From: a virus
DNA: 64,000 nucleotides
Reading direction: 5' to 3' (one strand)
Virus record (IMG/VR): IMGVR_UViG_3300045988_137032
Location: 128,001 to 192,000 of that record
The notes under the pieces were generated by a model. It made no database searches and was not told the origin of the DNA. It saw only the letters and a program-made list of their open reading frames with translations. The translations under genes and the position numbers were made by a program. Positions 8,747-18,583 of the stretch are shown here, in pieces. Positions within the stretch are counted from its first letter, which is position 1, and each line of letters begins with the position of its first letter.

Positions 8747-9616
8747 TTAAGAACGGACAACAAGATCTTTACCATTTCCAATAATACGATGACCGTTTTT
8801 ATCGAAAACGTCTGTTTCCGGATTTACGTATACTCGTTCAACAGGAACTGGTTTATTACTAAAAACACTCGGAAGAGATTCCACCCAAACAAGAATCCGA
8901 TGGAGAGTTCGAATCAGCTTACCTGTATTGGTTTGATCGCAATAATGTTGCTCAAGAGTAGAAATGATCTTATTGATACTCTTCTTGATGGTATCCACAA
9001 TACCAATCAGAGCAGCAACACCAACAAGCACCATGCCTTTCGAAATACGAACGGCATCAACTCCTGCAGACACTGTAGTCCAACCGATCATACCGCACTG
9101 AACCACAATCTCCAAAAGGTTTTTATACCAGGCTTCATCATCAATTGAACGTTTTGCTTTCTTGATATCCTTAGCAGATGGACTATCATTCGGATAAAAG
9201 AATTGAGTTACCTTAGCCGAAATATCAATAAGACTCTTATCAATATTTTTCAGAAGATCAACTGCTGCTTTCGGGAGAGAAACCTTTTCTTCACGCTTAC
9301 GTGCGCCAAGCTTTGTAAGAAGTTTGTCCCAAAGTTCAGATACCCATTTCTTAAACTTCGCAAGTGCATTGGAAACCTTCTGGCCGAAAGTTTCTGCTTT
9401 CTTTTCAAAATATGCACATGCAGCATCACCGTTTGCATAGTCGATAGCAGTCTCAATGAAAGTGGATTCTGCAAGATTCATTTCTGAAATAGCTTCTTCC
9501 ATATATGAAGATGATTCAGAATCAATCATATTCATAAGATCAAGTGCTGCCTCTGATGAAATAGATCCATCAGATGCGCCCTCATAAATCATAGATTTCA
9601 AATCATAAAAATCCAT
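8747..9616 (-). CDS. CTS-like family protein (type A)
   Basis: Starts MDFYDLKSMIYEGASDGSIS and has the helix ALAKFKKWVSELWDKL. Confidence 0.7.
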   Translation of the reverse strand: MDFYDLKSMIYEGASDGSISSEAALDLMNMIDSESSSYMEEAISEMNLAESTFIETAIDYANGDAACAYFEKKAETFGQKVSNALAKFKKWVSELWDKLLTKLGARKREEKVSLPKAAVDLLKNIDKSLIDISAKVTQFFYPNDSPSAKDIKKAKRSIDDEAWYKNLLEIVVQCGMIGWTTVSAGVDAVRISKGMVLVGVAALIGIVDTIKKSINKIISTLEQHYCDQTNTGKLIRTLHRILVWVESLPSVFSNKPVPVERVYVNPETDVFDKNGHRIIGNGKDLVVRS

Positions 9617-9676
9617 AATTATATATCTCCTTTCTAGTTTAAATATATTAAGACGCTTATATTGATGTTTTCTGAT

Positions 9677-9723
9677 AAAAATGACTGAGAATAATTGGTT
9701 TTATTATTCTCAGTCATTTTTTT
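9677..9723 (-). terminator. Intrinsic terminator
   Basis: AAAAATGACTGAGAATAAT ... ATTATTCTCAGTCATTTTT, with A/T runs on both sides. Confidence 0.8.
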
Positions 9724-9725
9724 AG

Positions 9726-11129
9726 TTAAGACCAATTACGAGTCCTGAAAGTCTTCTGCATAACACAACCTTCATACCCACAAAGCATAGCGCGAGCAAT
9801 CTGGAGATCATCAACACACTTTACAATACCTTTGATTGCATCTAAATCATATTTCACATGGTTCTGGTTTTCAATATATCTGTATTTTTCAACAGCATCA
9901 GTTGCTTTCTTAGCGCGAGCAATCAATTCTTTTCCGAGATTGCACACATCACCAGACCCTTTCCTAAGATCCGCAGCATACCTATCAAAACTCGGGTCAC
10001 TGCTACCATAGAAATTTTCGTCGGTTTTATAATAAATCCCTTTAATCAGCTTTTCGCAATTATTATATGCACTCTGTACGAGTTTGGAATCGCTTTGCCA
10101 TTTTCCATACTGCTTTAAATATTCACCATAGAATGGTTTATTAGGATCCTGCCGTGACATCAATCTAAGATATTTATGGCAATCACCAATAGAAGCGTCA
10201 ACCGACTCATATACACCGTCAAAGTCAATACTCTTAAGGAATTCCTTTGCAGCAATACGTGCCTCTTTAGAAACCTTAGCGTCAGCAGCCTTACCAGCTT
10301 CCGTACTCATAGGAAGCATGAGAACAACTGCGTTACTTACAGCATCTGCTACAGATGCAGCAGCCTGAACAGCAGAAACAGCTGCAGAAGGAGAAGGCTT
10401 ATTATCTTCTTCTTTCTTCGCTGCGTTATTCGGTGCCTGAACAGGTGTGTCCGTCTTGTTATCATGAAGAACTGTCCTACTATCACGGCGAGCAAGATCT
10501 TCATAAGTCTTCGGAGTATGGTTTGAACTTTCTTCAGAAATAGGCTTTGCCGCGTCTGAATCAGCTACAGCGCTCGATGCCTGTGCAATCTCACCAGAAA
10601 TCTCAATGATTCTCACAGGCTCAACTTCTTCAGTAGGACCTTCAACTTTCTTGGAAGGCTTCAGCTTCTTAACGATCGCAACTGCGCCAACAACAGCTGC
10701 CAGCGCGGAAGCAATAGCAACTGCACCTTTAGCGCCCTTAAGCTTATTAAGACCATTCTTAAGCTGTTCAAGAGCCTTCATAAGTCCCTTAGGAACTTTA
10801 ATCTTACCCTTCTTAGCCTTCTTGGATCTGCCAGTGATCTTGTCGATAATACCTTTGACCCACTTCTTAAACTTTTCCCAAAGAGCACGAACCTTATCAC
10901 CGAAGGTCTTAGCTGCTTCAACAACGATATCGGTATCAATGCTTGCTGCCGACTCCATGATATTCATAGTAGAATCAATGAATTCGGTTTCAGCATGCCG
11001 CATTTCACTTACGATATCTTCGCCACGCTTGTTGTCGATGCTACAAATCATCGACTCACAGACAGCTTCTGAGATATCACCACATTCACATCTCTCATAG
11101 AGAGATAACTTAAGAGTATAATAATCCAT
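9726..11129 (-). CDS. CTS-like family protein (type A)
   Basis: Starts MDYYTLKLSLYERCECGDIS and has the helix ALWEKFKKWVKGIIDKI plus a hydrophobic segment AVAIASALAAVVGAVAIV. Confidence 0.7.
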   Translation of the reverse strand: MDYYTLKLSLYERCECGDISEAVCESMICSIDNKRGEDIVSEMRHAETEFIDSTMNIMESAASIDTDIVVEAAKTFGDKVRALWEKFKKWVKGIIDKITGRSKKAKKGKIKVPKGLMKALEQLKNGLNKLKGAKGAVAIASALAAVVGAVAIVKKLKPSKKVEGPTEEVEPVRIIEISGEIAQASSAVADSDAAKPISEESSNHTPKTYEDLARRDSRTVLHDNKTDTPVQAPNNAAKKEEDNKPSPSAAVSAVQAAASVADAVSNAVVLMLPMSTEAGKAADAKVSKEARIAAKEFLKSIDFDGVYESVDASIGDCHKYLRLMSRQDPNKPFYGEYLKQYGKWQSDSKLVQSAYNNCEKLIKGIYYKTDENFYGSSDPSFDRYAADLRKGSGDVCNLGKELIARAKKATDAVEKYRYIENQNHVKYDLDAIKGIVKCVDDLQIARAMLCGYEGCVMQKTFRTRNWS

Positions 11130-11150
11130 AGTTAATTTACCTCATTTCTA

Positions 11151-12392
11151 TTACATCAGTCCACGAGATTTACATACAGACTTCAAAGATTTGATCTGTC
11201 TAGCATATGCGTCAACTTCACGCTTATACTTTGTATAACGCGTCGCTTTATTTGCTTCCTTATCGCCAAGATCCATATCCTTCGACTGCTTATAGAATTC
11301 CTCGATAAAGGTATCTGCAGAATCAAAACAATGAGAGATAATAATCTTTTTCGTTGAATCCGAGATGTTCTTATCATTCATAAGACGAGTAATGTTTGCA
11401 ATACTCTTACGGATAACAGGGCCGCTGTATGTATATACAGAAAGGAACGATTGGACCATGGTGTCAGACCACTTTTTATACTCAGGACTATTCCGTTCGA
11501 ACTTCATGACAGCGTTCTTATATTTATTTCCCATCAAGGTGAGATCCACAATGAATTTGCTATGGATCGCCATGACCTTGTCATATTCATCATTCAGCTT
11601 CATGTACTTAGCCAGTTCAGCATTATATTCTGATGTGCCGGTTTTGTATTTCGACATTTCGCTATTGACTTCAGACATTTTACTTTCGAGATCATTGCAC
11701 TTAGCATAATTTCCGCTATCATTATATTTTTTAATGAAAGCATCCATCTTTTGCTTAATAGACTCGGCTTCAGAACCAATAGGTTTTTCACCAGCTTGTG
11801 CAGCGTTCATTTGATTGATCATATAATTAGTAATGCCTTTGCGCTCGTCTTCGGTTTCAGCTAAAACGATACTAGCAATAGCACTATTGCACAGCGAAAT
11901 AATTGGACGAAGAATCTTGATAATCTTACTATCACCATTCTTCGCTTCCAGATCATTCAGTTTACCTTCAATTTTAAGAAGGTTATCTTTAATGCCAGAA
12001 ACGATATCATCACTATATGCAACGACCATTGCCGTAGTAAAAGCAAAAGTTGAAATACCGATAGTTGACAGGGTTTCCAGCTGTTCGGAATCATAGGGAG
12101 GCTTAAGATACTTAATGACATCATCAGTAAGTTTCTTAACCTTCTTCAGATCATAACGAACACGAGTTTTGATATCACCCTTACCAGTCAATTTCAGCTT
12201 TACTTCCGAAATCTTATTCTGGATTTTTACAACGATATCATGGACCCACTTCTTAAAAGCTTCCCATGCTTTCTTCAGTTTTTCTGCAAATGATTCAGAC
12301 TCATACATCATCGAAATCATCTGGTTTGCTTCAGAAATACTAATCAATCCTGAACTTGATGATTCAAGGATTGTGCATTGTAAATCAGTCAT
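11151..12392 (-). CDS. CTS-like family protein (type B)
   Basis: Starts MTDLQCTILESSSSGLIS and has the helix KKAWEAFKKWVHDIVVKI. Confidence 0.7.
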   Translation of the reverse strand: MTDLQCTILESSSSGLISISEANQMISMMYESESFAEKLKKAWEAFKKWVHDIVVKIQNKISEVKLKLTGKGDIKTRVRYDLKKVKKLTDDVIKYLKPPYDSEQLETLSTIGISTFAFTTAMVVAYSDDIVSGIKDNLLKIEGKLNDLEAKNGDSKIIKILRPIISLCNSAIASIVLAETEDERKGITNYMINQMNAAQAGEKPIGSEAESIKQKMDAFIKKYNDSGNYAKCNDLESKMSEVNSEMSKYKTGTSEYNAELAKYMKLNDEYDKVMAIHSKFIVDLTLMGNKYKNAVMKFERNSPEYKKWSDTMVQSFLSVYTYSGPVIRKSIANITRLMNDKNISDSTKKIIISHCFDSADTFIEEFYKQSKDMDLGDKEANKATRYTKYKREVDAYARQIKSLKSVCKSRGLM

Positions 12393-12477
12393 GTTATAAC
12401 CCCTTTCTTATAGATTAAAGCGTTATAAACCTGTTTTCACTATACAACCAGGATTAAATGTAAAAAATCGTTTTTAT

Positions 12478-12519
12478 GAAAGGAGAGTTACCCATACTAA
12501 AATAGGTAACTCTCCTTTC
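12478..12519 (-). terminator. Hairpin downstream of 12523..13239, possible terminator
   Basis: GAAAGGAGAGTTACC ... GGTAACTCTCCTTTC. There is no clean U-tract. Confidence 0.4.
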
Positions 12520-12522
12520 ATA

Positions 12523-13239
12523 TCATTTCAGATTCAAAGGAAGCATATAAGCATATTTCAGCTTATCAACGATCTTGGATTCTTTTATACATTTCAAAAG
12601 CATAGCATAATATTGCGGATCCGGATATTTACAGTCAGCTTCATCCTGAATCTCCGAATAAAACGCCTGTAATGTCATATCCACATTTGAAGAAATATAT
12701 GTGTAGATTGATCTAGATACGACTACTTTATCAAAACCTTGATTTGCAAAAAGTGGAATTTCCATAGCATGCTTAAACTTAATTCCACCGCCAAATATAC
12801 TGGTTCCTAAATAAATGCCTTCGGTAATCATATCTTTACCTTTGTATGCATTCATGTAGCACTTAATGGTGTCGTTAAGTTCGTCACATTCACAATTTAT
12901 GAGTTGATCTTTTATATCCATAGCGGTTTTAAACATGATCTTTGTACTGGTTGGTTTTGTCATGTACACATCATGATCATATGGATCATCATTAGGATAT
13001 TTCTTACAGATACTAATAGCTCTTTTGTATTCACGGTCTAAATTCTTAAAGAATCTATCAATATCAGCAATACGATCATCTACAACCTTTTTATAGTTAT
13101 CATATAAAATTTTCTTGTATTCGTCAGTAAGGAATGTTTCAGACCCTTCTGTAACCATAGTAAACATGGAAGCCGCTTCATTAGATGAAATGAGATCATC
13201 TTTCATAGCTTCCATGATAGACATTTGTAAATTTGTCAT
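12523..13239 (-). CDS. CTS-like family protein (type B)
   Basis: Track ORF 12523..13317. I moved the start to M27 (MTNLQMSIMEAMKDDLIS), behind AAAGGAGA. Confidence 0.65.
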   Translation of the reverse strand: MTNLQMSIMEAMKDDLISSNEAASMFTMVTEGSETFLTDEYKKILYDNYKKVVDDRIADIDRFFKNLDREYKRAISICKKYPNDDPYDHDVYMTKPTSTKIMFKTAMDIKDQLINCECDELNDTIKCYMNAYKGKDMITEGIYLGTSIFGGGIKFKHAMEIPLFANQGFDKVVVSRSIYTYISSNVDMTLQAFYSEIQDEADCKYPDPQYYAMLLKCIKESKIVDKLKYAYMLPLNLK

Positions 13240-13350
13240 TTTATATCTCCTTTCATAAGTTAGATACGTTAAGAAAACGTTTTTTTTTGTCTTGTATAGC
13301 GATTTCTCATACGACAATTAGTTATACATAGTTACTATAGGAGGGTGCTC

Positions 13351-14550
13351 ATGATGTATGATATAACGAAATTAATTACGCCTCATCTTAAATTCATTTA
13401 TCAGGATAATGAACTATCTTCTCTTGAATATTCCATCTCCGGGTTTGATGAGGAAGGAAATATTCCTGTTGATATTTCAAATCCTATCTTTGAATGGAAT
13501 CCTTTTGAAGATATGATTTTCTCTGATATAAATGAGGGAATTGAAGCATTGATGGCTTTTGCTGATGCAATTCATGCTACATCACAAGAAAACCGTTACA
13601 ATAAAGATTCTTATCAGAGAACGCATGATAAGTATAAATTTATCAATGGTATTTTTGATTTCTCTGCAAAGATTATTTGTGGTGGAATTCATGGATGCTT
13701 TATTGATATTACACGAATTGATATGGATATTCCGGGTACTCTTCCTCATAAGAAAGGCGTACTCATTAATGGGAATACGGATCAATACTATTCCTCTTTT
13801 GGGAATTCATCCATTATTCGTGTATCGGAAAATGGTTCATGGAAATTCATTGATAACTTCCAACAAATGGAGTTTTCTTCTTATGAGAATGCTGCAAAAG
13901 TGATTAGTTTCTTAATTGGAAGAAGTACCAGTAAACTTGCTAATGATAAATACATTTTTCCTGGATATGATGGGAGAATTATTAATGTCAATGAATCAAC
14001 GAATCTCTTTACAGGAGCATTTGATAATCTTTCTCGATATACTCCGTATACAATAACGGGAATGTATCTCATGAGAATTGATACAACTTATCGTGTATTT
14101 CCTATTTGTGAATCACGGTATCCTATTGCCAATACAGTAGTACCGAATAATCACATTGTGATGGATCCTGTTACAAAAATCGTATTGGATAGTTTCCATA
14201 ATCTTTACAGAATTCGTAAGATTTATCCCGATGGTACTATCTACGGAACAGAGATTTCCAATCAGATGTATTCAGAAGAAATTTCTTTGACCATGTATCC
14301 ATATTCCTCTCTTGATAATTTCAGGAATGTGGTAGATCAGTTCTTAGGAGATGGATATACCGTTATTGAATCAGCATATAATAATGATGGAAAAGAAATT
14401 CATCGTATTTGGACTATTTCCAATTATGAAAAGAAAACCACATGGAACTATATGCTGATTGCAAAAAAGATTTCTTATAATAATGACTTCGTAACAGTTT
14501 ATTATCCGAAATTCATTGATACAAGAAACAATGCCCTCATTATCGATTGA
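13351..14550 (+). CDS. Hypothetical protein
   Basis: Track ORF 13345..14550. The ATG at M3 is 6 nt after TAGGAGG. Confidence 0.6.
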   Translation: MMYDITKLITPHLKFIYQDNELSSLEYSISGFDEEGNIPVDISNPIFEWNPFEDMIFSDINEGIEALMAFADAIHATSQENRYNKDSYQRTHDKYKFINGIFDFSAKIICGGIHGCFIDITRIDMDIPGTLPHKKGVLINGNTDQYYSSFGNSSIIRVSENGSWKFIDNFQQMEFSSYENAAKVISFLIGRSTSKLANDKYIFPGYDGRIINVNESTNLFTGAFDNLSRYTPYTITGMYLMRIDTTYRVFPICESRYPIANTVVPNNHIVMDPVTKIVLDSFHNLYRIRKIYPDGTIYGTEISNQMYSEEISLTMYPYSSLDNFRNVVDQFLGDGYTVIESAYNNDGKEIHRIWTISNYEKKTTWNYMLIAKKISYNNDFVTVYYPKFIDTRNNALIID

Positions 14551-14559
14551 TATACATAG

Positions 14560-14601
14560 ATTGAGATAGCAAGTATAGAATAAATATACTTGCTATCTCA
14601 A
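14560..14601 (+). terminator. Intrinsic terminator-like hairpin
   Basis: ATTGAGATAGCAAGTATA ... TATACTTGCTATCTCAAT. Confidence 0.6.
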
Positions 14602-14677
14602 TTATATATTATATACATGATGACAGTGAAGTACGAGTATCTGTCAACTAGCTTATATTACTTAGGAGGTAATAATT

Positions 14678-15592
14678 ATGGCTAACCTGAATTGCTTGAT
14701 CCATGACATCAAAGACATGAAAGAGTGGACTTATCGAATCGATGGATGTGACAAGTATTTCATGTTCAAAGGAAACATCTATCCGTACATCGATGATCCC
14801 AATGTCTATCCGAACTGTACTGACCGTAAGAAGCTTCCCGATCCTGTTGAGAGCGTCTTTGATCTCCGCTTCGATGACATCGATGAAGCAAAGAGCTTCT
14901 TCGAGACCTTTGATTATTTCAATCACTTCAACGAGAACGTCCTGTATCTGGATCAGTCCATGGACGGTGAGCATCACTTCCCTGATGACTTCAGTGAGAA
15001 AGTGCTCACAAAAGAAACTGGTGATCTTCCTGATGCAATCGTACTCGTGAGGAAGACTAAGAACAGCGAGTACGTGGCCATTCCTTGTGACATGGCGTCT
15101 GTCTATGTTGAGGATGATGACAAGGAAGAAGCTACTCAGCTGAGAGCAGATGTCAGTACGAAGCTGACTGTATGTGACGGTGTTGTTGCATACAGGAGTG
15201 AAGATGGTTCCAAGATCATCCTGGAGGGCTACGAGTATGATGAAATCTCTCGTAATTGGACCGAGGTAACTACTACTCGTCATATTGCTGATCTGTCTCA
15301 CATCAGCCGCATTGCTGACTTCAAGTATTTCTCCACTGACGACTATCTCAAGATGCTGACTTTCCTGGCACAGTGCAATAACACCAATGGTGTTATTACC
15401 TACGAGGAGTACAAGAACGTCAACCATGCATCCAATGCAAGTGAGTATATCGATCTTGTCATCTATGATGCGAATGACCATAACTATTGTGCGATCATCT
15501 ATCGTGAAGATAGTCCCGACTATCCTGTTACGATTCTGGAGCCGAACATCTACGAGCGCATTGATTCCATCAAGAAGATGTTCCATCAGTAA
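14678..15592 (+). CDS. Hypothetical acidic protein (strong codon bias)
   Basis: 304-aa ORF behind TAGGAGG. Its biased codon usage creates a long antisense shadow ORF. Confidence 0.65.
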   Translation: MANLNCLIHDIKDMKEWTYRIDGCDKYFMFKGNIYPYIDDPNVYPNCTDRKKLPDPVESVFDLRFDDIDEAKSFFETFDYFNHFNENVLYLDQSMDGEHHFPDDFSEKVLTKETGDLPDAIVLVRKTKNSEYVAIPCDMASVYVEDDDKEEATQLRADVSTKLTVCDGVVAYRSEDGSKIILEGYEYDEISRNWTEVTTTRHIADLSHISRIADFKYFSTDDYLKMLTFLAQCNNTNGVITYEEYKNVNHASNASEYIDLVIYDANDHNYCAIIYREDSPDYPVTILEPNIYERIDSIKKMFHQ

Positions 15593-15604
15593 GGAGGTTC
15601 ATTC

Positions 15605-16495
15605 ATGGATGAATTCATGAAGAAAACTGTTGTAGGTAAACCTGGGTATATCGTTGATACAGATTCTCATAATATCTACTACAGAATTAATGGAGTACCG
15701 AACTATACACTTCGTCATGATGGAGTTATCTGTTACATGACGAATAATACATGCACTGACATTATCAAGAATCTCAGTGATGTTATTTTCACCAACATGG
15801 GTGAAGCTCGGATATTTCTCAAGTTCTTTGGCTGTGAAGCATCTGATGATGTGAACTATCCGGATATCTTCTATGCTGGTGGTGTATCGGATGACAATAA
15901 AGTCTTTGCTGATCTCACCAGTTATGCATATGAAGAAGATGTCTATCTTCCGAATAATATCATTATTACATCGGAAGCAAGCATGCATGATGGTACTACG
16001 CTGTATCGTCCGCAGGTCATGAAAGAGTGTGCTTTCAATCTTTCTGAGATTAATGACCATAATATTAATATCGGTTCTTTTGGGTCACAGATCTTAAAAG
16101 GAATTGATCAGCTTCCTGATTGCTACTTCATTACCGGTGGAGTGAATCGGAAACTGATTCAAATCAGAATGGTCCAGTCTCCCCTTACAAGTACTAATAA
16201 GGTGCTTCGTTGGAATGTGTCAACTCTTTCTCCTGAGCATGCAAAAGACATCACTAATTTCAAATTCAATACGATTGATCAGATTGTCTTTGCATTGAAT
16301 CTCTATGGTGTAAAAGACGTTACAGCTTTCGATGAGGTGTTTACTTACAGCCATCCCAGTTATGGTGGAGAGAGAACCTTTACAAGACACTACATCCGGT
16401 ACTTTGATAAGGATGATAAGGAAGTCATCCTCCTGTGCCGTGATAACATCATCTCAGACAAAGAGAATGTATTCAATGTCTGTGAAATCGTCTAA
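15605..16495 (+). CDS. Hypothetical protein
   Basis: 296-aa ORF behind AAGGAGG. Confidence 0.6.
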   Translation: MDEFMKKTVVGKPGYIVDTDSHNIYYRINGVPNYTLRHDGVICYMTNNTCTDIIKNLSDVIFTNMGEARIFLKFFGCEASDDVNYPDIFYAGGVSDDNKVFADLTSYAYEEDVYLPNNIIITSEASMHDGTTLYRPQVMKECAFNLSEINDHNINIGSFGSQILKGIDQLPDCYFITGGVNRKLIQIRMVQSPLTSTNKVLRWNVSTLSPEHAKDITNFKFNTIDQIVFALNLYGVKDVTAFDEVFTYSHPSYGGERTFTRHYIRYFDKDDKEVILLCRDNIISDKENVFNVCEIV

Positions 16496-16502
16496 ATGAC
16501 GG

Positions 16503-16546
16503 AAAAGAAGATAGTACGAAATGCAAATCGTACTATCTTCTTTTTT
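16503..16546 (+). terminator. Intrinsic terminator
   Basis: AAAAGAAGATAGTACGA ... TCGTACTATCTTCTTTT plus a T-run. Confidence 0.85.
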
Positions 16547-16566
16547 GTTCCGTAAACCTCCATTTT

Positions 16567-16607
16567 CATTTATATATTATAGAGATATATAAATGAAAGG
16601 AGGTGAA
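16567..16607 (+). promoter_or_regulatory. Conserved promoter/leader element, class 2, copy 1
   Basis: CATTTATATATTATAGAGATATATAAATGAAAGGAGGTGA. It is nearly identical to the reverse complement of 20288..20330. Confidence 0.5.
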
Positions 16608-16612
16608 GGAAC

Positions 16613-16810
16613 ATGCTCACCATGGGTCAGAATCCTGTATTCGACAGCATGGAGTCTGCACAGATGTTCGCTGCAAGATGCGGCGGTCACTTTGTGCAGA
16701 CTCCAGGCGTCAACGCGGATATCGATCTTGGGAACGGACATATGCTGAAAAGCATTCGCTTCGTCAGGGATCCTATCCAGCCTATGCAGATTCCAAAATC
16801 CGCTAGGTAA
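16613..16810 (+). CDS. Small hypothetical protein
   Basis: 65 aa. The ATG lies 9 nt after GGAGG. Confidence 0.55.
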   Translation: MLTMGQNPVFDSMESAQMFAARCGGHFVQTPGVNADIDLGNGHMLKSIRFVRDPIQPMQIPKSAR

Positions 16811-16813
16811 ATG

Positions 16814-16863
16814 AAAGAAAGGTTAGGTTTGATCTTACCATCAGACCTAACCTTTCTTTTTTG
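16814..16863. terminator. Bidirectional intrinsic terminator
   Basis: AAAGAAAGGTTAGGT ... ACCTAACCTTTCTTT plus a T-run. Confidence 0.85.
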
Positions 16864-16882
16864 TTATCATACTTATATTTTT

Positions 16883-17815
16883 TTAAACTGCAACAGGAAT
16901 ATTCTTAACCTGAGGGCCTGCCTGATAATTTTCCACAATCAGAGAATCCGTTGTGAAATCATAGAAGTTCTTGATCTCAGGATCAAGGGTAACCTTCGGT
17001 GCGTGATAAGTGGGTCTGGTAATCATCTCTCTAATAATATCCATGTGACGATCATAAATATGAGCATCAGCAATGACATGCACCAGTTTACCAGCAGTCA
17101 TGCAAGATACCTGTGCAACCATCATGAGAAGAATTGCATACTGGCACACATTCCAGTTATTTGCAACCAGAGTATCAGAACTACGCTGATTGAGAATCAT
17201 ATTCAGTACAGGTTTATCGGAGAAGGGATCTACCGTTACGTTCCAAGTAGTAGAATATGCACAGGGATACAAACCCATTTCAGAAAGATCATTGAAGTTG
17301 TAGGTATTCGTCATGATACGGCGAGAATAAGGATCGTTCTTTAAATCATAAAGAACTGCATCCATTTGATCCATCATGACATAAGGATTTCCGTTCTTTG
17401 CAAATACAGTATTCTCAGGATAAGCACCATAGATGTTCATATGTGCTTTGTGATGCTTATACTGCTTACCAATCTGATAGCCATATGCTTTACCAATGGA
17501 ACCATCAGCATCTGCCCAAGAATCCCAAATATGGGAATTCAGGTTATGGACGTTATTATCCTTCTTCTGGTAAATCCAAAGGATTTCATCCATACAAGAT
17601 TTCAATGCAGTCTTACGAAGAGTCAGTGCAGGAAATTCTTCACGAAGATCATAGGTATTTACAATACCAAACTCCTTTGCTGTACATGCAGTAATCTTCG
17701 TATCAGGCCACATTGCTCTTGTAGCATAAAGAGGTACAGGACCAAGTTCAGAATATTCTCCAATATGGAGAATCTTCTTACACTCATCAATGAAAATATT
17801 ATCAGCCTTACTCAT
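16883..17815 (-). CDS. thyA: Thymidylate synthase (ThyA family, divergent)
   Basis: RRIMTNTYN, LYPCA (catalytic Cys), NQRSSDTLVANNWN (Asn retained at the base-specificity position) and DAHIYDRH. Confidence 0.8.
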   Translation of the reverse strand: MSKADNIFIDECKKILHIGEYSELGPVPLYATRAMWPDTKITACTAKEFGIVNTYDLREEFPALTLRKTALKSCMDEILWIYQKKDNNVHNLNSHIWDSWADADGSIGKAYGYQIGKQYKHHKAHMNIYGAYPENTVFAKNGNPYVMMDQMDAVLYDLKNDPYSRRIMTNTYNFNDLSEMGLYPCAYSTTWNVTVDPFSDKPVLNMILNQRSSDTLVANNWNVCQYAILLMMVAQVSCMTAGKLVHVIADAHIYDRHMDIIREMITRPTYHAPKVTLDPEIKNFYDFTTDSLIVENYQAGPQVKNIPVAV

Positions 17816-17829
17816 GTTTCATTTTCTCC

Positions 17830-18459
17830 TTACATATCTTCTAGTGCGTTATAATACGTAATATGCCTGCCAATATTGGTATGAAGAATATCATACGTAT
17901 CATGACCAGAAATAATGGTATACTTATTCTTATCCGTCATACGAGGTTCTATTGCATTAACTCCATAGGTATATGTACGATTATGGCCGCTCATACAATC
18001 ATCCGTTCTAGGATGCACACAACCAACAAAGCAGTTATCGTCAAGATCAAACGTATACTCATACTGTGCAATATAAGAATACTTTGCAGATCCAATGTAA
18101 TAGTGCCTATTGAGTCGACTATATGCAAGAAGTTTCATAATGAGAGAGAATCGAGATTTCTTAATGAAATAACGAATCTTTCCCATAATCCAATAAAACT
18201 TCTCCTCCGTACCAGCCATCACACAGATATCAAAATCAGGATCAGTGAGTGCACAATATGCAAAATACGCACAAATCGTTTCTTCACCATATGCATAATC
18301 TGGTTGAAAGTTATAGAAGACGTTATTGTGACTGAAAGCATTGAGAATCATTTCCATATTGAATGGATAGAGTGCCTTAGAATCAGGATTTCTCATCCTA
18401 TCAATAAAATCCATGAACGCTCTTTCTTTCTGTTGAGATGAAAATATCTCAGGATACAT
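17830..18459 (-). CDS. Hypothetical protein
   Basis: 209-aa ORF, 14 nt upstream of thyA on the same strand. Confidence 0.55.
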   Translation of the reverse strand: MYPEIFSSQQKERAFMDFIDRMRNPDSKALYPFNMEMILNAFSHNNVFYNFQPDYAYGEETICAYFAYCALTDPDFDICVMAGTEEKFYWIMGKIRYFIKKSRFSLIMKLLAYSRLNRHYYIGSAKYSYIAQYEYTFDLDDNCFVGCVHPRTDDCMSGHNRTYTYGVNAIEPRMTDKNKYTIISGHDTYDILHTNIGRHITYYNALEDM

Positions 18460-18533
18460 ATGAATTAGCTCTCCTTTCTATGATCCGAAAATAAGACTTA
18501 TACTCAAGTTGAAAGGATACTTAAGTAAAATAA

Positions 18534-18578
18534 GAAAAAAAAAATAAGGGATACCTAACTGGATGTTAGGTCCCTTAT
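18534..18578 (-). terminator. Intrinsic terminator (minus strand)
   Basis: Hairpin TAAGGGATACCTAAC/GTTAGGTCCCTTA, followed on the minus strand by a run of at least 10 T. Confidence 0.7.
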
Positions 18579-18583
18579 CGTGA

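Noticed and set aside
14648-15586. 312-aa minus-strand ORF opposite 14678..15592
   Set aside because: Shadow ORF. The plus-strand gene has a TAGGAGG RBS and a terminator context.
16883-17815. ThyA homologue as a hypermodification (hydroxymethylase) enzyme
   Set aside because: The uracil-specifying Asn and the catalytic Cys are retained, and a DHFR is encoded 2.6 kb away. This points to ordinary thymidylate synthesis. I kept it only as a low-interest check.
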